Below, one piece after another: positions 11,497 through 22,961 of a stretch of DNA of 64,000 bases. The stretch lies in assembly GCF_006345805.1 (NCBI RefSeq), contig NC_043002.1, positions 66,774,001 to 66,838,000 on the forward strand. The letters run 5' to 3'. The number at the start of each line of letters is the position of its first letter. Positions within the stretch are counted from its first letter, which is position 1. The notes beneath the pieces were generated by a model, which was not told the origin of the DNA, made no database searches, and saw only the letters and a list, made by a program, of their open reading frames with translations. The DNA is from Octopus sinensis. Its lineage: Eukaryota. The translations under genes and the position numbers were made by a program.

Positions 11497-13308
11497 ACTG
11501 ATAAGGCCAACACAAAATTTATACAATTCGATATATCTAGTTTCTACCCTTCAATCAACCCTAGTGTACTTAATAAGGCCCTATGGCACGCGCATAATAA
11601 AGCAGGCCTCTCTAGGGAGGAAATTGATGTGATATTAGCAGCTAGAACATCTTTCATACAGTTCGATAATAAGTTGTGGGTCCGCAGAGACACCCCTAAC
11701 GCGTTCGATGTGCTAATGGGAAGTACAGACAGCGCCCAGATAGCCGATTTGGTCGGAATTTATATTCTATATGAATTGGCCGACCAATTCCCTGACATCT
11801 GTGGCGGTCTGTATAGAGACGAATGTCTGCTTTACCTCCAGAATGCTTCGAACCAAAAAATACAGAAGGTTAAGAACAGATTAGCTAGATTTTTTAGTAG
11901 AATGGGCTTGAGCATAGATTTTGACGACAAATTAACTAAAGCCAACTTCTTGGATATCATCCTAAATCTGCAGAATAATTCGTACTTCCCCTATCATAAA
12001 CCTTCTACTAATCTTAAATATATCAGCATTTTCAGTAATCATGCCAAAACAATTACCGATAATTTAGTTAAGAATATTTCTTTAAGACTGTCAAAATTAT
12101 CTGCTAATGTCGATATCTTTAACCAAAAAGCGGAATTTTATAACGCCGCTTTGTCAAAAGTCGGTTATAGAGATAAAGTATCATACATCGACCCGGCCCA
12201 TTCTAAACCAATATATACTTCTCAGGATAAGAAAACTAATAACAATAGAAATAGTGGTAATAATGATTTCAGTTCTAACAACGTCCGCACCCCTGTACAT
12301 AAGAGAAATAGAAAGTTTCCCCTTACTGTCACTAGTAGCACTATGAACAATTCTAAGTCCACAAAAAACTATATCTGGTTTGTTATACCTTCCGGAAAAC
12401 AAATCAAATCCAACCTTCCTTTACAGTTCCGTGAAGCAGTGGCTAGGAACTTTCCCAGGAATTCTAGGTATTATTCTATTATCAATTCACAGAAGGTAAG
12501 AATTGCATTCTCTAACACTAGAAATCTATCGCAAATTATTGCTTCCCATAATAACAAGCTGCTAAACAAAGATTCTTCACCCGGGAGTTCCAACACTATT
12601 CTTAACAATTCCAACCAAACATACAATAATAATAATAGAAATAGTATTGATAGTACCAACATTCGTAGCAACATTAGTGTTAGCAATGATAATATTAATA
12701 ATAGAATTAGTCGGGTTAATAACAGTGGTAGTGTTGATGGCAACAACAACAACAACAACATTTGTATTGTCAGTGATAATGCCGGTTATAGTACAATTAA
12801 TAATAATAACAATAAAAGGAATAGTCTAGTAGTTAATGCTAGCAATAATATAAACAGTAATCATAACAATAAAAACTCCGTCTTGATCTCGGAGGATAAC
12901 CCTAACAGATTAGAGTTCTTGTCCAGTAATTCCAAAATTAAAAATTCCATTTACCAGTGTAAAATTTCTTACGGTACCGATGTCTTCTTTTATATTGGAG
13001 CGACAACTTCTCCATTGTCCCAGAGAATTTCCAACCATTATTCAACTTTCCGAGATAAGAGAAAGCAACATAGTACAGGACTAAGTAAATTAGTTTGGCG
13101 TCTTAAGGACAACAATATAACTTTCAAGCTGGATTGGTCCATATTATCTGTATCCTTTCCTTTTGATAAGGGCAGGAAATATTGTTGCATCTGTAATTCT
13201 GAATTCTTCTATATCCTTTTCGCCAAATTCCCCTTGGTAAACACAATAATAGAAAAATCCTATAGATGTAAACATTGGCAAAAACACACCTTCCACTCAT
13301 ATAAATAA
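11497..13308 (+). pseudogene. PLE reverse transcriptase/GIY-YIG endonuclease ORF (includes the 559-aa track ORF)
   Basis: Motifs FDISSFYPSI, MGSTDSAQIADLVG, GLYRDE (canonical YRDD altered), NFLDI, SNH, IWF..P, SIYQ...YIGAT, STGLSKLVWRLK, CCIC. An upstream stop and a frameshift are present. Confidence 0.85.
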
Positions 13309-13829
13309 TAAATAATATAGATAACCTCTTTGGTTTTAATAATTACTTTCATGTCTACACCACTACCGTAGACAAATGCTTCCTCTCTATTCTGTTGCAT
13401 CAAACATTAAATATAGTTGGCGTATGTTTATCTCTTTCTCTCTACCTCTCTCCCCTCTCTCTCTCTCTATCATGCGCACAATCAAACACACAGACACAAA
13501 TTTCTCACATTGATACTATATATATTTGACAATTGTCCCCCCCACATACATTTGCAAACACACACACACAGACACAGATGCAGTTATATACACACACTCA
13601 TACACACACACAAACACTCAAACTCATTAACAAAACATACACCCGTCAATCCCCATACATACAGCATACATACTGTCCCCTTCCTATTTTTTTTAAAAAC
13701 TTCCTCCTTCCAACCAATTTTGACGTCATTGCTTATAACGGATTATTTTAAATAAATACTCATTATCACTGTGGAAACCATGTAGGCAGACGGTAAGAAG
13801 CTTTTGTTCGTCTTGAGGCTGATAGAGGA

Positions 13830-13926
13830 TCCTTGTATTTCCTGATGAGAAGACGGCATAATGCAACCTTCATTCCTTCTGAATTAAGAGTATGCAGTCT
13901 TCGAAACATATGCCGAAAGTAAAGGA
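13830..13926 (+). ncRNA. Type I hammerhead ribozyme with extended stem II
   Basis: CUGAUGA 13842-48; stem II GAAGAC/GUCUUC plus GCAUA/UAUGC; GAAAC-AUAU-GCC^GAAAG; stem I UUUC/GAAA extended by UA/UA and UCCUU/AAGGA. Confidence 0.8.
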
Positions 13927-13969
13927 ATTTTGTTAAAATCTTCGTTCAACTCCATTCTTTTCATTTATT

Positions 13970-14062
<93 letters not shown>

Positions 14063-14065
14063 ATA

Positions 14066-14245
14066 GACGCCATGATAGATCGTTAGCCACTACACACATG
14101 TTTTTCTCTCCTTGTTTTCTGTGTCCCTTTCTGTAGAAGAGCGTAGGCTCGAAACGTAAAAGACTTTTTCTATTCCTGAGCGTTATACTAATACATCTGT
14201 TTTGTACACCACCTGTCTTCGTCTTTTGTTGTTTTTTTTTTCGTA
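14066..14245 (+). mobile_element. Family D PLE-type terminal repeat with HHR-like motif (14127-14162)
   Basis: CUUU-CUGUAGA-A-GAGC(GUAG)GCUC-GAAAC-GUA^AAAG; 3' end abuts (TA)n. Confidence 0.8.
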
Positions 14246-14448
14246 AACTCTCCCTATATATATATATATATATATATTGCTTTTTTTACTACTGTACAAC
14301 AGCGAAGAATTAAAAAAAAACGAGAAATATTTATTCAAATGACATAACGAACAGTGAGGAACATGTGAAACTCGATAGGTAATGTTCAAGAATAAATAGT
14401 CGTCAGAAGCTGGAACATAATAATATAATAATAATAATAATAATATAA

Positions 14449-14529
<81 letters not shown>

Positions 14530-14667
14530 AGGTGAAAAGAAAATGCTTATTTCAGTAAGTTTGTCCTTTCGATGTTCTGATATTACTGATTCGTCAAGCT
14601 TGCAATGATGTGAAATGTTATCCTGTCTAAATAATTCTCTTAGAATAATTTGCTGCATCTGTCTTAC

Positions 14668-15230
14668 ATGTGCGTGTATGTACGCATGTGTGTGTATGTG
14701 TGTGTATGTGTGAGTGTGTGTTTTGTGTGTGTGGTGTGTGTATGTGCATGTATGTGTACGTGTGTGCATGTGTGTGTATACGTGTGTATGTGTGTGTACG
14801 GGTGTGTGAGTGTGTTGTGTGTATGTATGCATATGTTTGTACGTGTGTTTACGTGAGTATGTTTGTGTATGTGTGTTGTGTGAGTGTTGTGTGTATGTAT
14901 GAATGTGTGTGTATATGAGTTTACGTGTGTGTGTTGTGTGTATGCATGTGTGTGTACGTGCATGTACGTGTGTGTGTGTTGTGTGTGTATGTATGCATGT
15001 GTGTGTACGTACATGTACGTGTGTGTGTGTTGTGTGTATATGTATGCATGTGTGTACGTGAGTTTACGCGTGTGTGTGTGTTGTGTGTGTATGTATGCAT
15101 GTGTGTCTACGTGTGCGTGAGTTTACGTGTGTGTGTGTGATGTGTGTATGCATGTGCGTGTACGTGTGTTTACGTGTGTGTGTATGTTGTGTGTGTATGT
15201 GTGTGTAAGTGCATATATGTGTGTGTGTAC
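14668..15230. repeat. Cryptic (TG)-rich minisatellite
   Basis: Recurring unit gtgtgtatgtatgcatgtgtgtgtacgtg. Confidence 0.85.
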
Positions 15231-16015
15231 AGTTCTAATTATGTATTTCTCATTCTGTTAGACGCTTGTTTATATTGCTATCTTTTATTGAATGTGTGTG
15301 CTTGTGTTTTGTAACTGTATGTTTATTTACAAGAGTTTACTTAACTTTCTTGCTTTTTAATTTCTCTCTCTCTGTCTCAGTCTGTATGTCTCTCTCTCTC
15401 TCTCTCTCTCTCACTCAAGCTCTCCGCCTCCTCTTCCTCTTTTCCTCACTCTGTTTGGAGATTATATGCACGTCAGTATACGCGTCTTCGGAGACTGTGT
15501 ATAGGTGTGTATTATCTGTGTACTTCTGTGTTCACATTCAGCATTCGTACATGTTTACGTTATAGAAATAGATCTGCAGATATCCACATCTACCCACTCT
15601 ACCAACACATATACTGCTTGTGGTATGCTACATTGTCTAAAAATACACGCAAACATAAAGCAGTTAATTTCACGAACATGTAAAGGCAGTTTGTGCTGGA
15701 ACCTAAACGACAGAATAACAACATCTACTGCATGACCTTTCACAATCAAAATTATTTACTAATACAAGATCAAGCCAGCTGATATTTTTTCTTCTGGCTA
15801 TTTCCTATTCATAAATGCTTAATTAGAAGCTGATACACACGCACACATACATACACATACGCGCACGCACAAATACACACACACGCGCGCGCGCCCATGC
15901 ACCAACACACATGTCTATTGGATTATTTTTAGTATCAATTCATGCAGTTCTTGTAATTCAATATGTGTGTATATGTATATATATATATATAGATACATAT
16001 ATATACATACATAAA

Positions 16016-16075
<60 letters not shown>

Positions 16076-16077
16076 TA

Positions 16078-16119
<42 letters not shown>

Positions 16120-16255
16120 CTTTGATACTTTGATAGGTTTCGGCCATTATTGGCCCAGGCCATGTCTAACTTAATAGCACCACCTGGTGCTAATTATATA
16201 TATATAATATATATATATATATATAATATATATATTATATATATATATATAATAT

Positions 16256-16287
<32 letters not shown>

Positions 16288-16312
16288 GATATATATATAT
16301 ATATATATATAA

Positions 16313-16412
16313 TAACCCTCCTTCTTCCCTTCTTTCCTGAGCGTCCAATAATACTTTATTTGTTCCACGTCCTCGCGTTGCTGTGTTTTTTTGTGTTTTC
16401 TTGTTTGGATTA

Positions 16413-16417
<5 letters not shown>
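16313..16417 (+). mobile_element. Family C PLE terminal fragment in (TA)n, lacking the HHR
   Basis: aaccctccttcttccc...gtttggattaacttt; flanked by (TA)n on both sides. Confidence 0.8.
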
Positions 16418-16456
<39 letters not shown>

Positions 16457-16630
16457 ATATATATATACAATATATATATATATGTGTGTGTGTGTGGTGT
16501 GTGTGTGTGTGTGTGTGTGTGCATATATATTACGGTCTCAAATCTTGAGACTCAAAGAGTCGGTCACTCGATTTCAATTGCGTATAGTGAGCAAGATTAC
16601 AAGACACACACACACATACACAAACATATA

Positions 16631-16702
<72 letters not shown>

Positions 16703-17040
16703 AAAAAGGTAAAATTTATCAATTAAATTAATTAATTAATCAATCAATTAATAATTTTACCAATTAAATCGGGACGTTAAAATAACCTTTAGAAGTAAAA
16801 TTATACAAATATTTTATAATTATGAACATAATTATAATTATAAAATATTTGTGTGTGTATATATATGTGTGTGTTTGTGTGTGTATGTGTGTGTGTGTGT
16901 TTGTGTGTGTGTATATATATATACAACACGATGAAGAATGGAGAGTTATACATTTTTTTTATTTCAGATGCGCAAGTGTTATGTAATAGAATGATGCGTT
17001 AATTCTGCACATCAATCGATTCATATTTACTCAATTACAG

Positions 17041-17075
17041 TATTACTTTGATCAGTCAGTTACAGTCGATCCAAG
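17041..17075 (+). CDS. Candidate short coding exon (YYFDQSVTVDP)
   Basis: Acceptor ...ttactcaattacag and strong donor AAG|gtaagt; phase 0 to 2. Confidence 0.3.
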
Positions 17076-17979
17076 GTAAGTGAATTTATCAACCCTGAAT
17101 AGCAGCTTTCCATTTGCCAGGACGCCTGTTGTTTTGTCTGTGTTTATATCAATGATGATACACTATCTTCGATTCGTTTATTTCTAATCTCACAGTCTTT
17201 GCTTTTCGAATGACACGATCCAAATAGTCCTGTGCTTCTAGGAGCAAAGAGAACAATATCATTTGCAAATGCGAGTCAGAAGCAATGTCGCAGCTTCAAC
17301 ACCTCTGGTCGTCTAACATCAACCCAACAACAAATATAAAATGATTAAAACACAATGTCTTCCGATTTTTACATATGGATGCGCGACATGGGTAACAAAT
17401 ACAAATCGGCTAAGCATTTTACCCAGCGTGCTTCCGATTCTGCTAGCTCGCCGTCTCAATACAGACCCTGACAGCAAAAAATGATAGACAAAAGAGCGGA
17501 ATTTAAGTAATCCCTTCATTAGCTTAGAGTTATTTCTGCTTGAGGCTGTTGCGCAAGTTCTCATCTGTGAGAAAACATTTTAGTAGCAGAAACAGCCGTA
17601 AGCCAGTAAAGTTACTTACGTAACTCCTGTTCTTTTGTCATTCAGCAATTGTTACATAATTATGTGTATAATTAAGACTATAAGGCAACACAATCAGAAC
17701 TATGAATTTCTGAGAAAACGCCTCAGAAATTCACTAATAACAAAATCAGGATTTTTTTTTAATGTTCCGTACTATACAACATATTATTTCGTACACACTT
17801 GCCAAGTTCTTTGAATGATTTTTGTAATATGCTAAATGAAAAGAAGTTGTTAGCTAAAACTTCTATTTCCTGCAATATCCTCCATGATCTTCTCATGACA
17901 TAGCAAATCGGATTTTCGATAGAGAGAAGAGGAGGAAGGGAGCAAATGATTGCAATGCTTTGCATATATTTTTATTTAT

Positions 17980-18508
17980 TGATGAAAGAGAACGTTAACC
18001 TCGATTGGGTTTAAACTCAGAACTATTGCTGCAAGTCCGATGCTGATATTAATATCAGTTTCAAATTTTGACACAATGCCAGCAAGTTGAGGTGGGGGTA
18101 AGCCGATTACATTGACCCCAGCACTCAACTGGTATTTTTCCTGAAAGGAGAAAGGCAAACCGGACCTCGGCAGAATTTGAACTCAGAACATAAGGACAGG
18201 CGAAATGTCGCTAAGCATTTGTTCGGCATGTTAACGATTCTACCAGTTCACCGCCTTGATACTGATATTACTTATATGTTGAACTAAATATAATGGTTTA
18301 AGATTTTCGGCTCAAGGCCAGCAATTTTAGAAGTGGGGTAAGTCAATTACATCAACCACAGTGTTCAACTAGTACTTGTTTTATCGACTCTGAAAGGATG
18401 AAAGGCAAAATTGACCTCAGCAGAATTTGAAACCAGAATGTAAAGACAGACAAAATGCCGTTAAGCATTTTGTCCGGCGTTCTAACGATCCTGCCAACTT
18501 GCCGCCTT
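17980..18508 (-). mobile_element. Two SINE family A copies
   Basis: Family A body and head motifs at ~17980-18258 and ~18305-18508. Confidence 0.8.
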
Positions 18509-18595
18509 ATGTTAAACTACAATATAATGCTGTTTGATATCGATTATTAGTATGGGAAATTTTTCTGCTTAAACTTAGATATAGCTTTTTTTTAA

Positions 18596-18764
18596 GGCGT
18601 AGGAGTGGCTGTGTGGTAAGTAACTTGCTTACGAACCACGTGGTTGTGGGTTCAATCACACTGCGTGGCACCTTGGGCAAGTATCTTCTACTATAGCCTC
18701 GGACCGACCAAAGCCTTGTGAGTGGATTTGGTAGACGGAAACTGAAAGAAGCCTGTTGTATACA

Positions 18765-18801
<37 letters not shown>

Positions 18802-19040
18802 ATGTGTGTGTGTGTGTGAGTGTGTATGTTTGTATATCTGTGTTTGTCTCTCCAACATCACTTGACAACCGGTGCTAGTGTGTTTACGTCCCCGTAAATT
18901 AGCGGTTCGGCAAAAGAGACCGATAGAATAAGTACTAGACTTACAAGGAATAAGTCCTGGGGTCGATTTGCTCGACTAAAGGCGGTGCTCCAGGATGGCC
19001 ACAGTCAAATGACTGAAACAAGTAAAAGAGTAAAAGAATA
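18596..19040 (+). mobile_element. SINE family B, full length
   Basis: ggcgtaggagtggctgtgtggtaag ... gaaacaagtaaaagagtaaaag. Confidence 0.9.
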
Positions 19041-19590
19041 ATACCATTTCAACAAATAATTGTCTTATTGTTTCGTGGTTTACAATATGTTACTCTTTAA
19101 CGCATCACTCCTACCCCCATATCCTCCAGCACACTATAAGGTTACTCACCATTTTATGTTGTACTTCATCTAATACAATCACATACCTAATAATATCATT
19201 GATTTTTTTCTCCGTCTTTTCCAAAATTTCGTATTGCAGCCAACAAACGTAGAGGGATAGTCTGCCGGCTGGAGACAATCTCATGCAACGCAATGTTCGA
19301 TCAGTTGGACGTGTTCGATATGCATCGACGACTAAGAAACCATTCTTCACTGTATGGGTGCCCATTGTCCACAAGCACAATATTAATGTTCCTGGTGTGA
19401 GATCGACCGACGTACAGACGAAATATACCTCGCTAGATTATATTCTTTTAATAAATTATATTTTTTTAACAAGGTCGGACGAGTAATTAGTAGTCTTATA
19501 CTTTCAATAGCAGTTGCAAAGAAACTGTAAAGTGGTCGAAGTTAAGAATAATGGTTGCTGGTGATTTTTTTTTTTTTTTTCTCTTTTCAG

Positions 19591-19631
19591 ATTTCAAGTT
19601 CCACTTAAAGATCGAAATAAGGATGGAGAAG
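19591..19631 (+). CDS. Candidate short coding exon (FQVPLKDRNKDGE)
   Basis: Long polypyrimidine tract ...ctcttttcag acceptor, donor AAG|gtatct; phase compatible with the 17041-17075 exon. Confidence 0.3.
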
Positions 19632-20139
19632 GTATCTGGCCGTAGGAAACATTTTATCAGAAATTAATCAACGAAGATGAATGAGTTAAGCCTACAATCC
19701 CGGCATTTGAGCAATCAAAATGTTATGATAATAACGCCTTACCTGTCCTTTTAATTCCCACAATCTTATGAAGTTATTTTAAGAAAGGTAAAATATGAAG
19801 AGGATCATAGTGCTCCAGGCTAAGATTACTTGGAATATTTTAGTTTGCTCTCCGGAAATCGAGACCGAGCGAGCTTGTATTCTTTTACTCGATATGTGGT
19901 TTACGTCCGCTCTGAGCTTGCCTTCGGACAACTGCGTTACCGTTTGACAGACATACCGTTCCACTTAAACTCCTCTCTAGTGATTCAAGCTAAAACTTCA
20001 TTGAATGAGTCGTGCAATATGGCAGAAGCGAAGCAAGTCAGCATATCCCTGTCCATTAAAAATTAGTCATGCATTTGGTTAAAATCACCAAATCTCCGTC
20101 TCAAAAAACATAACACGACACCTAAAATCGAGGTAAGTA

Positions 20140-20945
20140 AATTGTTATACCATGTCGATTGTCCTTTTCGGGGCCGAAACTAGGATAATGTGTAGAGCAA
20201 TAGAAAAGATAGATGCGTTTGAGATGTGGGCGTTCCGTATATTGGCAAAACAAAATGGAAAAATGAGGTGACACATGCTGCTGTACTAGGAAAGCTGAAA
20301 GTTCACAGACACTAATAGTTGAGAATCAAGTCGACAAAGCTGTCATATTTTGGACATACAATGCGCGGCGAATCATTGCTCAAGACTAGTGGTCCACAAT
20401 CATTTCTTTTTTGTTTTTGTTTTTTTTTTCAATCTTTGGACCTTTTGATTACTATTCTATTATGGCTGAAGCCCCTTAGCCATTCCATGTTTTAAAAAAA
20501 AAACTAGTTTTATGATTATTTTCAAAATTTTTATTTTGATTTTCATATGTTCCCTTGTGTGGGTTTACAGCAAAACTTACTGAAAGAACATATTTCAGTG
20601 GGTGGGAAAGAAACCTCACAATTTCTTTCATTAAAATAAATCTAACAAAAAATCTTTTCGTGGACCCTTAAAATATTACTGTGGATCCCCAATTTACTAT
20701 TTTTGCTTGCCTGGACTCCCTAAAATCTTATATGGACCCTAGGGTTCATATGAGAACCACTTGAGAACCACTGCTCAAGACCATCTTCATAGGAAGTGTG
20801 GAAACGAAGAGACCAAGAGGCCGTCAAAGCTGTTTGAGGACAGATGACTTCAAAGAATTGACTGTAAACAAGAGCCTGGCTGATTGCATGCATGCAGCAC
20901 AATACCGAGGCACAGGAAAGAAGTGGTAAGCTGACTCGTGGACAC
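20140..20945 (+). mobile_element. Old RTE LINE 3' fragment, interrupted by a hAT MITE
   Basis: Translates to FGAET..., IDAFEMW, KLSYFGH.MR.ESLLKT|IFIG.V.TKRPRGRQ, typical of the RTE C-terminus. Confidence 0.75.
20387..20773 (-). mobile_element. hAT-type MITE with 8-bp TSD
   Basis: TSD ctcaagac at 20379-86 and 20774-81; terminus gagaaccactg (CAGTGGTTCTC); homologous to 46408-46714. Confidence 0.85.
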
Positions 20946-21639
20946 AAAGACAGCACCTTGCTAATGGTTGATGCTATTTTATACACAAAGATACACGAAC
21001 ATCTACACTCGTGTGTAAGATGAATGTGTGCATAGATATAAGAATTATTAAAATATAAATAAATCTATACAATTATGATTTACTTTGACTGCGTAAAAGA
21101 TCGATTTTTATGTGATAGAAACAGACATTTGAATCAATTCTATCTATTTTGTAGCCGGACGGAAAACAAAATTGACTTTTGTATCATTCAATAGCTAACT
21201 TCTACATTAAATATTACTAGCCACAATAACAAGAGAATATTTTCACCATCCCATATGATAACTTATTAAACTATACTGTATTTATACCATAAGCTATGTA
21301 CATCACGATAAATCAGAAGAAAACATCACTTCTTCACAAGTTTGTGATCTTTTAGTTGTTTACAATGTCCAGCACTTACATTTCCTGCCAGGATAATACA
21401 TGGGACACGCCATTACTGTGGTGTTGTATGCCAAATATTGCTGTTTTCATTCTGTTGCTAAATTGTTAATTAGATGAGCCATTGTTATGGTCAATACTTA
21501 AATATACAGTAGACTGTAAACAACGGGAAAAAGAAAAATTGATCAACTGATCGATAAATCATTTGATTGTTCGAGAGTAAGATGAATAAACAAATAAGGG
21601 AGATGGATAGGTAAATAGACAGAGAGATAGGTAGAATGA

Positions 21640-21786
<147 letters not shown>

Positions 21787-22324
21787 GTTCATATGTAAAC
21801 ACTACATGAAACATAAAATAATTTCTTTATGTTTGAATAAATGAGATTTTTATAATTCTTCGGTACTTTGGGAACATGTAAGTTTGGAAAACTTTTCCTC
21901 ATAGTCTATGGTTGGCTCCTGTCCAATTATGCCTCTTAGAACCGACCATCAGAATAATGGAGTTAGAATTTGACACAACATCAATAAGTTGACAGTTTGA
22001 TTTAGTGAAAATTTCATAGAATTTCTTTTTCTTTAAATTTGGCTTAGTATCGCATAAGCCTTTCACCTTTGGTCGTTACCTTAATCACTCTCAGAAGACA
22101 TGTCTGGTTAGTTTTGAAAAATATTCCTTTATGGCAACGATTCAGCTGTTAGATTAATATTGAACTAAATGTGTGTCGCTAACTTCTAAAACTTGTTCGC
22201 AAATTATTGAGAATTGCAGCAAACGTCTCAGTATGGGTTGAATGGTAAGTAGCTGTAATTCGGTCATCGGCACTACATTTGACATTCTAATTTCGATGGA
22301 TCAGTGAAACCAACTTCATATACG

Positions 22325-22553
22325 TACCTATTTCTTTATTACCCACAAGGGGCTAAACACAGAGGGGACAAACAAGGACAGACATAGGTATTAAGTCGAT
22401 TACATCGACCCCAGTGCGTACTGGTACTTAATTTATCGACCCCCGAAAGGATGAAAGGCAAAGTCCCACCTCGGCGGAATTTGAACTCACAACGTAACGA
22501 CAGACGAAATACAACTACGCATTTCGCCCGGCGTGCTAACGATTCTGAAAGCT
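22325..22553 (-). mobile_element. SINE family A (alternative tail)
   Basis: tatttctttattacccacaaggggctaaac... tail plus family A body. Confidence 0.85.
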
Positions 22554-22961
22554 CAGGATGCTACAAGTCATCAATGTAAAACATAGAGAACTGCTTCACT
22601 GTCGAGTGTTTCGTTGTTATGGTTACCTCTTGCTGTAATTATGGCTTAGAAAGGGATGGCTTTCAGCAAAGTAATTAACTCATACGTACTACTTAAATAC
22701 TTCAGTGTACCCAACTCACTACTATACAGTTCGAAGGCGTATAGAACTCAATATTTTACTTGAAGAATTTTTAGTCAAATGCATCGACCCCAGTACTTAT
22801 GTTTTTAAGCCTGGCAATTACTCTATCAGTCTCTTTGACTGAACCGTTGAGTTACGGGGGCATAAACACACCAACATCGGTTGTCACACCCATGTCTGCC
22901 TGTCTATTTATGTATGTATGTATGTATGTATGTATGTATGTATGTATGTATCTATCTATCT

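Larger units (their letters stand above)
11237..13940 (+). mobile_element. 5'-truncated Penelope-like retroelement (RT + C-terminal GIY-YIG), probably inactive
   Basis: Begins abruptly after (TA)n. Upstream frame reads KDHK*NF..P.LRLICP.SSDIG.LSK.ILD, with a frameshift near 11495 into FIQFDISSFYPSI. A 3' UTR with an HHR follows. Confidence 0.9.

Noticed and set aside
19111-19486. Moderately GC-rich segment with overlapping ORFs on both strands
   Set aside because: No consistent splice pair or recognisable motif could be established by eye.
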